Notes: generated by a model from the letters alone, not told the origin. A DNA stretch of 55,389 bases from an uncultured Bacteroidales bacterium (GCA_902792835.1 CADBAZ010000004.1:1-55389), one strand, 5' to 3'. Shown: positions 34,584-43,491, counted from the stretch's first letter. Made by a program: numbers and translations.

Positions 34584-35633
34584 TTAGTAATGTATCGTGG
34601 CTAAGACCGGATAATGGTCGGAGTAATCGACGTGTGGGATATCTAATCCTGATGCAGACAAATCTTTGGAGTGTAGTATATAATCTATACGCACTCCAAA
34701 TCTTTTTTTGATGAAGGTGTGCCCGAGTTGCCCGTCGGATGACTCAAGGAACGCGTCACGCAATCCTCTTTGCAGGATGCGGTAGGTATAGGATACGGGC
34801 GTAGTGTTCATATCCCCGACGATGAGCACGGGATACGGCGAGCGTTCGGCGTCACTGCGAAGAATCTTAGCCTGCTCTATGCGGATGGCTGAGGCATGTG
34901 CCAGTTTCTCAGAGGTGCTGTTAAAGGCTGATTTTGCCTGTTCGGTGGTTGTGCCTAAATCCAAATCTTTCTGCAGCAGTTTATTCGACTCCAGATGGTT
35001 CGTATAGAGCCGAATCGTATCCGTAGGTAGCACAATATCGCAGACGGACGTGATGTTCGTCTCAGACTGATATCGCAGTGTATGCTTGCCAATGAGCGGG
35101 TAACGGCTGAATACCACATTGCCGAACTGAAGCTGGGAATTATATACCTTGAAATCGAAATACGTATATGGATAGACATTAAGTGCCTCACGTAGTTCGT
35201 TCAGGCTGAGTTTGTTGCCGGACTTATACACCTCCACTTCTTGCAGACAAACAACATCCGGTTGCGTGCGCAGTATATATTGTATGACGCGGTTCTGCTT
35301 GGGTTTGCGTGATGCATCCATCATGTGTGAGTTATACGTCATCAGCGTAAATGAATGAGGCAGTTTGCTCTTGGGGAAGAACAGCGAGCCGTGCGAAACA
35401 GTATAGCAGATCGGAGCAATAGACAGCACTATCATCGCCACCGTCATCCACGTCCATCGGCGGTACTTGGTGAACAGTTGCAACAGCCCGAGCACCAGCT
35501 CCGCAGCTATCAGCCACTCAAACATTAATGCGAACCACGCGGGTATAGGCAGAACCGATGCCGGCAGATAGACCGACAGCACAGCTGCCAGCAAACTAAG
35601 CGAAACAAGTATATGGAGTATAAGAATGATCAT
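34584..35633 (-). CDS. Membrane-anchored endonuclease/exonuclease/phosphatase (EEP) family protein
   Basis: Three N-terminal hydrophobic helices; PDVVCLQEV, GDMNT and YSDHYPV EEP motifs. Its start overlaps the porX stop by 4 nt. Confidence 0.8.
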   Translation of the reverse strand: MIILILHILVSLSLLAAVLSVYLPASVLPIPAWFALMFEWLIAAELVLGLLQLFTKYRRWTWMTVAMIVLSIAPICYTVSHGSLFFPKSKLPHSFTLMTYNSHMMDASRKPKQNRVIQYILRTQPDVVCLQEVEVYKSGNKLSLNELREALNVYPYTYFDFKVYNSQLQFGNVVFSRYPLIGKHTLRYQSETNITSVCDIVLPTDTIRLYTNHLESNKLLQKDLDLGTTTEQAKSAFNSTSEKLAHASAIRIEQAKILRSDAERSPYPVLIVGDMNTTPVSYTYRILQRGLRDAFLESSDGQLGHTFIKKRFGVRIDYILHSKDLSASGLDIPHVDYSDHYPVLATIHY

Positions 35634-37168
35634 TTCGGCAACAGATGTACTAACGGGATAATCATCTCCTCCATGGATATACCTCCATGCTGGAAGGTGT
35701 CGCGGTAATACTGGGCGTAGTAGTTGAAGTTGTTCGGATAACCGAAGAAGTCTGTACCGGTGCAGAACGCGTAGGTGCTGCTCAAGTTCGGTGACGGCAG
35801 CCCGACCTTATCTGGTTTGGTGAGCTCGAAGATGTTCCTGCTCTGGAACGACAACGACTTGCCTACCTTGTAACGGAGGTTGGTGTTCGTATTCTTGTCC
35901 GCCACGATCAGCACGGGTTCTTCTACGCGGATTGTGCCATGGTCGGTCGTAAGGATCACCTCATAACCGAGATGCGCAATCTGGCGGAAGAAGTCGAGTA
36001 TAGGCGAGTGCTTGAACCACGACAACGTCAGGCTATGGTAGGCGGCTTCGTCAGGCGCCAGTTCGCGCATCATCTTGGAGTCCGTGCGCGAGTGCGAGAG
36101 CATGTCGATGAAGTTAACTACGGCTACGTTCAGCGGTGTGTTAAGCGACTTGAGTTGCTTGATGATCTTCTCGCAGAAATCCGACTCGTTGATCTTGTAG
36201 TAGGTGTACGTATCGTGCCGGCGGAAGCGCTGGAGCATCGTGCCTATCAGTTCCTTCTCGAACTTGTTCTTCGTTTCCTCGTCGCCTTCTTCCACCCAGT
36301 ATTCGGGGAATTGCTGCTGAATCTGCAACGGCATCAATCCGGCGAAGATCGCATTGCGGGCGTACTGTGTAGCGGTAGGCAGGATAGCGGAGTAGAGCTG
36401 CTCGTCCTGCACGGTAAAGAACTCCGCCAACAGCGGTTGGATGACCTTCCACTGCGAGTAACGGAAGTTGTCAATCACCACCACAAACACTTTCTTCCCC
36501 TCGTTGAGCTTGGGGAACACGGTCTTGCGGAACACGTCGGGGCTGAGCATCGGGCGGTTGTCGGGTTTGTCAAACCACGACTCATAGTTCTGGCGGATGA
36601 ACTTGGCGAAAGCAGCATTCGCCTCTTTGCGTTGCATGGCAAGCAGTTCGGTCATCGACGAACTGGCATCTTGCAGCTTGAGTTCCCATTGCGTGAGCGT
36701 TCGCTCGATAGCCGCAAACTCATCGAACGTGCGCGCTGTGTTAATCATATACGTGATGTCGGAGAACTCCTGACGGTAGTTGGCATTGGTGTGCTCCTCG
36801 ACGATCTGCTTGCTATGCACGTGTTTCTTCAGGCATAGCAGAATCTGGCTTGGGTTGACGGGCTTGATCAGGTAGTCGGCAATCTGCTGACCTATAGCCT
36901 GCTCCATGATCTGCTCCTCTTCGGATTTGGTGATCATCACTACCGGCAGTTCGGGGTGCGCTTCCTTGAGGGCTTGCAGTGTTTCTATACCCGACAGACC
37001 GGGCATCTGCTCGTCCAGAAAGACTATATCCACCGCCCGCTGACGGCATATATCTATCGCATCCTGACCGCTCATGGCAGGAATAATCTCATAACCTTTG
37101 CTTGACAGGTAGATGATGTACGGCTTGAGGAGATCAATCTCGTCGTCCGCCCAAAGAATTGTATTCAT
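35630..37168 (-). CDS. porX: PorX-type response regulator with PglZ/alkaline-phosphatase-like output domain (T9SS regulator)
   Basis: 512 aa. Receiver ILWADDEIDLLKPYIIYL...VFLDEQMPGLSG...VVMITKSEEEQIMEQAIGQQIADYLIKPVNPSQIL closely resembles PorX as I recall it. C-terminal PglZ-like domain. Confidence 0.78.
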   Translation of the reverse strand: MNTILWADDEIDLLKPYIIYLSSKGYEIIPAMSGQDAIDICRQRAVDIVFLDEQMPGLSGIETLQALKEAHPELPVVMITKSEEEQIMEQAIGQQIADYLIKPVNPSQILLCLKKHVHSKQIVEEHTNANYRQEFSDITYMINTARTFDEFAAIERTLTQWELKLQDASSSMTELLAMQRKEANAAFAKFIRQNYESWFDKPDNRPMLSPDVFRKTVFPKLNEGKKVFVVVIDNFRYSQWKVIQPLLAEFFTVQDEQLYSAILPTATQYARNAIFAGLMPLQIQQQFPEYWVEEGDEETKNKFEKELIGTMLQRFRRHDTYTYYKINESDFCEKIIKQLKSLNTPLNVAVVNFIDMLSHSRTDSKMMRELAPDEAAYHSLTLSWFKHSPILDFFRQIAHLGYEVILTTDHGTIRVEEPVLIVADKNTNTNLRYKVGKSLSFQSRNIFELTKPDKVGLPSPNLSSTYAFCTGTDFFGYPNNFNYYAQYYRDTFQHGGISMEEMIIPLVHLLPK

Positions 37169-37169
37169 A

Positions 37170-38261
37170 TTAATCAGTGTTCAGTGTGTTCATTTGGTAG
37201 TTGCGCCACTTGTCGATGACAGCAGCAAAGTCCGGTGCCCACGGGCTGTCGAAGTGCAGATGTTCACCTGTACGCGGATGAACGAACCCGAGCGTCTTAG
37301 CGTGCAGCACTTGCCGCGGACAAAGGGCAAAACAGTTGTTGATGTACTGTGCATACTTCTGCGTACGCAAGCCTTTGCGGATGACGGTGCCACCGTACTT
37401 TTCGTCGGCAAACAGCGGGTGACCGATATGCGCCATGTGCACGCGGATCTGGTGTGTACGCCCCGTTTCCAGACGGCACTCAACCAGCGTGACGTACGGG
37501 TATCGCTCCAGCACGCGGTAGTGGGTAACGGCATTCTTGGCGAGCGGGTTGTCTTCTAACGACCACACACGGTAGATTGTCCGATCGCGGTTGTCACGCG
37601 CCAAAGCTCCGTCGATTGTCCCTTCATCCTCGTCGAATGTGCCCCACACCAGTGCGTTGTAGGTGCGCTCCGTAGTGTGGTTGAAGAATTGCAGACCAAG
37701 CTTGGTCTTCGCTTCCGGTGTTTTGGCGATGAGCAGCAGCCCCGATGTATCTTTGTCGATGCGGTGCACCAGCCCTATGTCGGGGTTATTGATGTCAAGC
37801 AGTGCGCCTGATTGCTGAAAATGCCACGCAAGCGCGTGCAGCAGAGTGTGTTCGTAGTTGCCATGTCCCGGATGAACAACTAATCCGGCAGGTTTGTTCA
37901 CCACCAGCAGATCATCGTCCTCATATACTATATCCAGCGGTATATTCTCAGGCTGGATGGTAAAGTCATGCGGCTCGTGATTGAGTAGAACCTGTATCGT
38001 CTCGCCGGGTTTGACTTTGTAACTGCTGGTGACTACTTTGCCATCCACGAGTATCTGCTCAGCATCCGCCGCAGCCTGAATACGGCTACGCGACGTGCCG
38101 GGTATATGTTCGGCGAGATACTTGTCAACACGTACAGGCGTTTGCCCCTTGTCAACAACGCACTCAAAGCGGATGAACAGTTCATCCTGTCCATCGAAAG
38201 CATCGGGATTTTCGAGGCCTTCTATGCGAACGGTGTCATCGGGGTTTTGCATGCTGATCAA
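37170..38261 (-). CDS. rluD: 23S rRNA pseudouridine synthase, RluA/RluD family, with S4 domain
   Basis: VHRIDKDTSGLLLIAK catalytic Asp motif; ...GRTHQIRVHMAHIGHPL. Confidence 0.88.
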   Translation of the reverse strand: MISMQNPDDTVRIEGLENPDAFDGQDELFIRFECVVDKGQTPVRVDKYLAEHIPGTSRSRIQAAADAEQILVDGKVVTSSYKVKPGETIQVLLNHEPHDFTIQPENIPLDIVYEDDDLLVVNKPAGLVVHPGHGNYEHTLLHALAWHFQQSGALLDINNPDIGLVHRIDKDTSGLLLIAKTPEAKTKLGLQFFNHTTERTYNALVWGTFDEDEGTIDGALARDNRDRTIYRVWSLEDNPLAKNAVTHYRVLERYPYVTLVECRLETGRTHQIRVHMAHIGHPLFADEKYGGTVIRKGLRTQKYAQYINNCFALCPRQVLHAKTLGFVHPRTGEHLHFDSPWAPDFAAVIDKWRNYQMNTLNTD

Positions 38262-38264
38262 TTG

Positions 38265-39086
38265 TTAGAAGAAGTTATCCTCGCTGCGTGCATTGTCGGT
38301 TGTGATAGCCCGTTCGATATCTGTGGATAGCATGATATTAACGGTTGCTCCTTCCTGCAGTGTAGCCCCGTCAACCGGTGACTGCCGATAGACGATATAA
38401 CTGTCCAGCGTCTCGGGTGTAGGCTCTACGTCGTAGGTATATGCACCGATGGTCAGTCCGACACTGAGCAGTGCGGAACGTGCCTGACTGAGCGACATGC
38501 CGAGCAAGGAAGGAACAGTGACCAACTTATTGCCCTGACGGCGACCTACCACGAGCGTAACGCTTGAGCCTTCCGGCAGACGTATACCCGCCTCAAGGCT
38601 CGTCTGACCATCGCGCACATCCAGCACATTGTCAGGATAGAGCGAGGGCTCGTAGGTAACGTCACCCACCTTCAGACCGATAGAACGCAAGGTTGCTTCC
38701 GCCTGGCGATAGGATACATCACGCAGTTCGGGCAATGGTATGAGCCTCTTCGTGCGCGCGTTCATTACTACGTACACGGGACGGTTAGGCTTTGCATGAG
38801 AGTCTGCCGGAGGAGTCTGCTCAACAATGGTACCCAATGGAGCTTTGTTGGAAAAGGTCGAATCGACCACTACCAGATACAATCCGCTACCCTGAAGCAC
38901 TATCTCTGCCTCCTCACAACTCATGCCGGTGACAGAGGGTATAGTAACCTCATTACCATGCAGGGTATAGCCTTTCAGCCAGCCGATAACAATCATAAAC
39001 AATGCAATAGCAACGACGAGGGCTAAAGCAAGGTTGATTGTGACAAATCCTGTCACTGATTTGAAGAATTGTTGCTTGTCTTTCAT
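38265..39086 (-). CDS. PASTA-domain membrane protein
   Basis: ATG at 39086 (MKDKQQFFKSV..., TM helix) preferred over the longer track ORF. Three PASTA-like repeats (VTIPSVTGMSCEEAEIVL, IPLPELRDVSYRQAEATL, VTVPSLLGMSLSQARSAL). Confidence 0.75.
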   Translation of the reverse strand: MKDKQQFFKSVTGFVTINLALALVVAIALFMIVIGWLKGYTLHGNEVTIPSVTGMSCEEAEIVLQGSGLYLVVVDSTFSNKAPLGTIVEQTPPADSHAKPNRPVYVVMNARTKRLIPLPELRDVSYRQAEATLRSIGLKVGDVTYEPSLYPDNVLDVRDGQTSLEAGIRLPEGSSVTLVVGRRQGNKLVTVPSLLGMSLSQARSALLSVGLTIGAYTYDVEPTPETLDSYIVYRQSPVDGATLQEGATVNIMLSTDIERAITTDNARSEDNFF

Positions 39087-39106
39087 TATTTTTGATAAAA
39101 TTGCCA

Positions 39107-39114
39107 CAAAGTTA
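39107..39114 (-). promoter_or_regulatory. -7 box (TAACTTTG on minus strand) for the PASTA-rluD-porX-EEP operon
   Basis: Plus text ccaCAAAGTTAcaatttttttt, about 20 nt upstream of the ATG at 39086. Confidence 0.55.
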
Positions 39115-39146
39115 CAATTTTTTTTGGATATATGCAAAAAATATGC

Positions 39147-39154
39147 TAACTTTG
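39147..39154 (+). promoter_or_regulatory. -7 box TAACTTTG reading toward the small Cys-rich lipoprotein gene
   Basis: atatgcTAACTTTGttgcg. The leader contains an 18-bp palindrome CTTTTTTTGCAAAAAAAG. Confidence 0.45.
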
Positions 39155-39258
39155 TTGCGTATTTTGTGAAAATTGTGCTTTTTTTGCAAAAAAAGTGTAC
39201 AATCTGTTCCACAGAACGCAAAACAACAACTATAGTTTAACTTTAAAATTGTACAATT

Positions 39259-39474
39259 ATGAAGAAAGTTTTATTCATTGCTATCCTTGCAGCATGCATG
39301 GTAGGTTGCTGCAAGAAGGCTGACAACAAGTGCTGCAAAGAAGGTGAGAAGACCGAGTGCTGCCAGAAGGCTGAGGCTGAAGAGGCTGTAGCAGAAGAGG
39401 CTCCCGCTGAGGAAGCTCCTGCAGAGGAAGCACCCGCAGAGGCTCCCGCACAGGCTCCCGCACAGGCTGAGTAA
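39259..39474 (+). CDS. Small (71 aa) lipoprotein with three CC pairs and an Ala/Glu/Pro repeat tail
   Basis: Lipobox MVGC, then CKKADNKCCKEGEKTECCQK, then (AEEAP)3-(AQAP)2. Own promoter and terminator. Confidence 0.55.
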   Translation: MKKVLFIAILAACMVGCCKKADNKCCKEGEKTECCQKAEAEEAVAEEAPAEEAPAEEAPAEAPAQAPAQAE

Positions 39475-39491
39475 TTCTGATTACGGTAATC

Positions 39492-39525
39492 AAAAAAGCG
39501 GTTCGTTACTTAACGAGCCGCTTTT
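39492..39525. terminator. Bidirectional intrinsic terminator between the small lipoprotein gene and mdh
   Basis: AAAAAA-GCGGTTCGTTA-ct-TAACGAGCCGC-TTTT: 11-bp stem (one G-U pair) flanked by an A-run and a T-run. Confidence 0.75.
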
Positions 39526-39532
39526 ATTGTGC

Positions 39533-39548
39533 CAGCCAAGCTTGGCTG
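39533..39548. repeat. Perfect 16-bp palindrome CAGCCAAGCTTGGCTG (GCCAA-NN-TTGGC core) beside the terminator
   Basis: Read directly. Confidence 0.85.
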
Positions 39549-39563
39549 ACAAGTCATCCATGA

Positions 39564-40505
39564 TTAGATAGCATTGATCTCGTGCAGGATGTTCGTAGTC
39601 TTGGCTGTAGCGTCGTGCGAAGCCTTGAACAGTGCTTTCTCCTCGTCGTTGAGGTCGAGTTCGACAATCTTCTCAATACCGTTCTTGCCGATGATGCAAG
39701 GAACGCCGATCATGATGTCGTCATAGCCGTACTCGCCTTCGAGTTTAGCCGAAGCAGGAATCAGACGTTTCTGGTCGTTGATGATAGCGTCAACCATGAA
39801 TGCGATTGACGAACCCGGAGCCATCCAAGCCGATGTGCCCAGCAGACCGGTCAGCGTAGCACCGCCCACCATCGTAGCCTTAACTACCTCGTCGAGCTCC
39901 TCAGCACTCAGCAGGCTCGATACAGGAATACCGCGGTAAGCGGCAAAGCGCTTCATCGGGATCATCGTGGTGTCACCGTGACCACCGATAACAAAGGCGT
40001 CAACATCGTGAGCATAGCAACCGAGCTTCTGGCTCAGGTAGTATTTGAAGCGGCTCGAGTCGAGCGCACCGCCCATACCGATGACGCGGTTACGGGGCAG
40101 ACCGGTAGCTTTCAGCGTCAGGTAAGCCATCGTATCCATCGGGTTCGATACAACGATGATGATGGCGTTAGGCGAGTGCTGCAGAACTTGCGAAGCAACG
40201 CTCTTAACGATACCGGCGTTCACACCGATAAGTTCCTCACGCGTCATACCCGGCTTACGGGGCAGACCTGAAGTAATAACCACTACATCCGAACCGGCGG
40301 TCAGACTGTAGTCATTGGTGATACCCTTAACTACGGTCGAGAAACCGATAGTCTGGGCAGATTGCATGATATCCATGGCTTTGCCCTCGGCTACGCCTTC
40401 CTTGATATCAATCAGAACAACTTCGCTGGCGATATTCTTCACAGCGATAATATTGGCAGCAGTAGCACCTACGTTACCTGCGCCTACAACAGTTACTTTT
40501 GACAT
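39564..40505 (-). CDS. mdh: Malate dehydrogenase (LDH-like MDH)
   Basis: MSKVTVVGAGNVGATAA Rossmann start, GLPRKPGMTREEL and IGGHGDTM motifs; 313 aa. Confidence 0.93.
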   Translation of the reverse strand: MSKVTVVGAGNVGATAANIIAVKNIASEVVLIDIKEGVAEGKAMDIMQSAQTIGFSTVVKGITNDYSLTAGSDVVVITSGLPRKPGMTREELIGVNAGIVKSVASQVLQHSPNAIIIVVSNPMDTMAYLTLKATGLPRNRVIGMGGALDSSRFKYYLSQKLGCYAHDVDAFVIGGHGDTTMIPMKRFAAYRGIPVSSLLSAEELDEVVKATMVGGATLTGLLGTSAWMAPGSSIAFMVDAIINDQKRLIPASAKLEGEYGYDDIMIGVPCIIGKNGIEKIVELDLNDEEKALFKASHDATAKTTNILHEINAI

Positions 40506-40580
40506 GTGTTTGTTTTATATTTTATTGGTTATTTATGTTAGTCTTTATCCGACCTTTCATCGCGTTTGGAAACGCGACTG

Positions 40581-40588
40581 CAAAGTTA
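40581..40588 (-). promoter_or_regulatory. -7 box (TAACTTTG on minus strand) for mdh
   Basis: Plus text gactgCAAAGTTAcgaaaaa. The leader contains the palindrome CGCGTTTggAAACGCG (40561-40576). Confidence 0.55.
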
Positions 40589-40613
40589 CGAAAAATATTT
40601 GACATTTGCAAAC

Positions 40614-40633
40614 TTTTGCGAAGAAAAATTGCA
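40614..40633. repeat. Left arm of a perfect 20-bp inverted repeat TTTTGCGAAGAAAAATTGCA
   Basis: Exact reverse complement at 40849-40868. A 16-nt direct partial copy lies at 40746-40761. Confidence 0.85.
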
Positions 40634-40653
40634 GTTTACTGCATTTTTTTTTG

Positions 40654-40661
40654 TAACTTCG
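40654..40661 (+). promoter_or_regulatory. -7-like box TAACTTCG with T9 run; no ORF downstream (candidate sRNA promoter)
   Basis: GCATTTTTTTTTGTAACTT (40641-40659) is a 19-nt exact duplicate of the PKD-gene promoter at 40881-40899. Confidence 0.45.
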
Positions 40662-40669
40662 AGGACACC

Positions 40670-40787
40670 GACGCTTTCCCCCTTTCATCAGGGGAAACCG
40701 TCACCTCGAAATTACGGCAGGGCAATGCGGGACATTTAAGCATTGTTTTGCGAAGAAAAATATCGCTATGCGATAACCTTTTTAATA
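40670..40787 (+). ncRNA. Candidate small RNA (about 115 nt): promoter, long 5' hairpin, second hairpin, A5-hairpin-T5 terminator
   Basis: GAGG..GACG-C-TTTCCCC[ctttcatca]GGGGAAA-C-CGTC.CCTC hairpin at 40671-40719. CAATGC[11 nt]GCATTG at about 40731-40759. AAAAA-TATCGC-tat-GCGATA-acc-TTTTT at 40756-40783. Only trivial ORFs of 2-4 codons inside. Family not recognised. Confidence 0.3.
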
Positions 40788-40848
40788 CCATGTGACTCAC
40801 CCTTGTGCAAGCCCAAGTGAGCCGCATGATATTAAAAAAGCACGTACG

Positions 40849-40868
40849 TGCAATTTTTCTTCGCAAAA
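40849..40868. repeat. Right arm of the perfect 20-bp inverted repeat (TGCAATTTTTCTTCGCAAAA)
   Basis: Reverse complement of 40614-40633. Preceded by the 12-bp palindrome GCACGTACGTGC. Confidence 0.85.
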
Positions 40869-40893
40869 ATTTGCAAATGTGCATTTTTTTTTG

Positions 40894-40901
40894 TAACTTT
40901 G
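40894..40901 (+). promoter_or_regulatory. -7 box TAACTTTG with T9 run for the PKD lipoprotein gene
   Basis: gcatttttttttgTAACTTTGtgcg, 20 nt upstream of the ATG at 40921. Confidence 0.6.
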
Positions 40902-40920
40902 TGCGCTTTATTGTATAAGT

Positions 40921-41982
40921 ATGAAAATATATAAGATATTTTTTGCAATATGCTGCCTTGCGGCAGTGGTGTGTGTGACTGTTTCCTGCGGTCAGAAACA
41001 CACGTACGACTTTTCGTACTCTCCCAGTGTGCCCAAGACGGGACAGACGGTTAAGTTCAGTAATCTGAGTGATGCCGGCGAGAGTTGGGTGTGGAAGTTC
41101 GGTGACGGCTCACAGTCAACCCTCAAGAATCCCTCACACACCTACACCACAGCCGGCACGTATGTTGTCGAACTGATGGCGGACTCCAGCAAGAGCCGCA
41201 AAGTCAGTCATGTGCTTGAGGTGCTGGATTCGCTGCCGTCAATCTGTGTCTCACCCGATTCCGTGAAGCAGTACGCGCCGGTGACCCTGAAAGTGTCGCT
41301 ATACAACCCGAAGAACGCGAAGGTAACTTGTCTTTGGGAACTAGATGAATCCATCTTCGTATTCACAAAAGGTGATCTGACAAGCGACAGTATAGTCGGA
41401 TACTTCACCGATTTCGGGCATACGACGGATGTAGAGCTCACGGTCACCATCGGTGACAAGATATTCTACGATGAGCGTACCCTGATGCTACAGGATAATC
41501 CTGCGCCCTCGCTGTTGATGGAGGTTCCCAGCGGACGAATATGGCGGCAACGTATATACGAGGGCGTGTATGAAACTCCCAGATACTTCCGCGGTGACGA
41601 GCATGTTATAGAGGCTGCCAACGATAGTACGGCGACGCTCAACGGTGTGGAGTATGACATCCACAACATGCCCGTACTCACCGATCTGAATGTACTCGCC
41701 TTGCAGGTAGATGCTATCAACCGCAAGTTGTACCTTATCCTGGAGGACGGAGTGTATGTAGCCAACGCCAACGGCGACGCTCTGACACAGATAACCGACA
41801 ATCCTGCCGGAACACTGCTGGTGGATCCCGAGCGCAACAGCCTATACTGGAGCGAGGCGTACGGCGTGTGGGCAATGCCGCTCGTAACGCATCCGCAGAA
41901 CATTATCAGTGAGCAACAGTTCAACATGATTACCCTTGTGAATGAGATTGAGGAAGTGGGCAGAATGACGATAATCTACTAA
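40921..41982 (+). CDS. PKD-domain lipoprotein
   Basis: Lipobox VTVSC. PKD signature GQTVKFSNLS...WKFGDGSQS...NPSHTYTTAGTYVVEL. Confidence 0.75.
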   Translation: MKIYKIFFAICCLAAVVCVTVSCGQKHTYDFSYSPSVPKTGQTVKFSNLSDAGESWVWKFGDGSQSTLKNPSHTYTTAGTYVVELMADSSKSRKVSHVLEVLDSLPSICVSPDSVKQYAPVTLKVSLYNPKNAKVTCLWELDESIFVFTKGDLTSDSIVGYFTDFGHTTDVELTVTIGDKIFYDERTLMLQDNPAPSLLMEVPSGRIWRQRIYEGVYETPRYFRGDEHVIEAANDSTATLNGVEYDIHNMPVLTDLNVLALQVDAINRKLYLILEDGVYVANANGDALTQITDNPAGTLLVDPERNSLYWSEAYGVWAMPLVTHPQNIISEQQFNMITLVNEIEEVGRMTIIY

Positions 41983-41994
41983 AACCATCATATC

Positions 41995-43491
41995 ATGAAA
42001 AAAACGAATGAACCGGTTCAACCGGACTATATCTTCGAGACAAGTTGGGAAGTATGCAACCACGTGGGCGGTATCTATACCGTGCTTAGCACGCGCGCCG
42101 CTACGATGCAAGAGGAGCATCCTGACAAAGTAGTCTTCTTCGGACCTGATTGGGGAGAGCATTCGGATATTTATTTTGCCGAGGATCAGTCGTTGTTCCC
42201 CGGCTGGGAGCGTATTCATAACGCCCGCGTAGGCCGTTGGAAAGTGCCCGGCACACCGCTTGCAATCCTGCTGCGTTGGGAAGGTATAGCCGCTCAGAAA
42301 GACTCGATCTATGGTTGGGCGTGGGAGAAATTCCAGGTACAGAGTCACGCTGCTTACGGCGACTATGATGAGAGTAGTTTGTTTGGTTATGCCGCCGGAC
42401 AAGTAATGGAGAGCCTCTATCATTACATGCATCTTGAAGACAAGAACGTAGTGATGCACTCCAACGAATGGCAGACCGCTTTTGCGCTATTCTATATCAA
42501 AGACCACTGCCCGAAGATCGGTACACTTTTCACCACACACGCGACAAGCATCGGGCGCTCGATAGCCGGCAACCATAAGCCGTTATACGACCAGTTCAAG
42601 AACTACAACGGCGACCAGATGGCGTGCGAACTGAATATGGTCAGCAAGCACAGCGCTGAGAAGCAGGCTGCTCACCACGCCGACTGCTTCACTACCGTCA
42701 GTGACCTTACTGCACGCGAGTGCCGCCAACTACTTGACAAGCAGCCGGATATAGTTACACCTAACGGCTTTGAGCCGGACTTTGTGCCTATAGGCAAGGA
42801 TTATACCACGCAGCGCAAAATTTCCAAACAGATTCTGCTGCGCAGTCAGAAAGCCGATGGCAAAGATGCCGTCGTAGCCGGTCAGCCGCCTTTCCTGCTG
42901 TGTATATCCGGTCGTCATGAGTGGAAGAACAAGGGACTTGATGTGTTCGTGGATTCGATGCGCATGCTCAGCGACAAAGTCAATAGCGACGTGTTTGCAC
43001 CGCGCGTGTTGGCATTCGTGTTTGTGCCGTACTTGGAGCACTCGACGCTGGAAATGGGCAAGGTGACGGTTGTGTTTATTCCGTACTATCTGAACGGTTA
43101 CGACCCTGAACTGGGCGAGACGTACTACAACCTGCTGTGCGGAATGGATCTGACGATCTTCCCGTCGTACTACGAGCCATGGGGCTATACGCCGCTGGAG
43201 AGTATAGCGTTCCACGTGCCGACCATTACCACCAGCCTCTCGGGCTTCGGCGTGTGGGCAGCCGGCGAGAATGCCAAGTGTCTGCAAGGCCTGGCGGAAG
43301 GCGTATATGTCATCCGTCGTAACGACTCGAACTACGAGGAGGTTGTGCGCAAGGTGGATGATGCTGTTTACAGTTTCATGCGCCTGAGCGGCAAGGAACA
43401 GGATGTCGTGCGCAAGAAAGCATGGAAACTGTCGAAACATTTCTTCGCATACTACCGCGAAGCATATAATATTGCATTAAGAAAGAAATGA
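41995..43491 (+). CDS. Glycogen (starch) synthase, GT3 eukaryote-like type
   Basis: N-terminal [23 protein letters not shown] resembles the GT3 glycogen synthase start. C-terminal [15 protein letters not shown] motif. Confidence 0.8.
   Translation: MKKTNEPVQPDYIFETSWEVCNHVGGIYTVLSTRAATMQEEHPDKVVFFGPDWGEHSDIYFAEDQSLFPGWERIHNARVGRWKVPGTPLAILLRWEGIAAQKDSIYGWAWEKFQVQSHAAYGDYDESSLFGYAAGQVMESLYHYMHLEDKNVVMHSNEWQTAFALFYIKDHCPKIGTLFTTHATSIGRSIAGNHKPLYDQFKNYNGDQMACELNMVSKHSAEKQAAHHADCFTTVSDLTARECRQLLDKQPDIVTPNGFEPDFVPIGKDYTTQRKISKQILLRSQKADGKDAVVAGQPPFLLCISGRHEWKNKGLDVFVDSMRMLSDKVNSDVFAPRVLAFVFVPYLEHSTLEMGKVTVVFIPYYLNGYDPELGETYYNLLCGMDLTIFPSYYEPWGYTPLESIAFHVPTITTSLSGFGVWAAGENAKCLQGLAEGVYVIRRNDSNYEEVVRKVDDAVYSFMRLSGKEQDVVRKKAWKLSKHFFAYYREAYNIALRKK

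Noticed and set aside
40499-41001. Track ORFs 40499..40795 (+) and 40636..41001 (-) in the mdh-PKD spacer, and 33016..33302 (+) upstream of guaD.
   Set aside because: They run through promoter boxes, T-runs, palindromes and inverted repeats. Their translations are Phe/Cys/Lys-rich low-complexity. The region is better explained as regulatory or non-coding.
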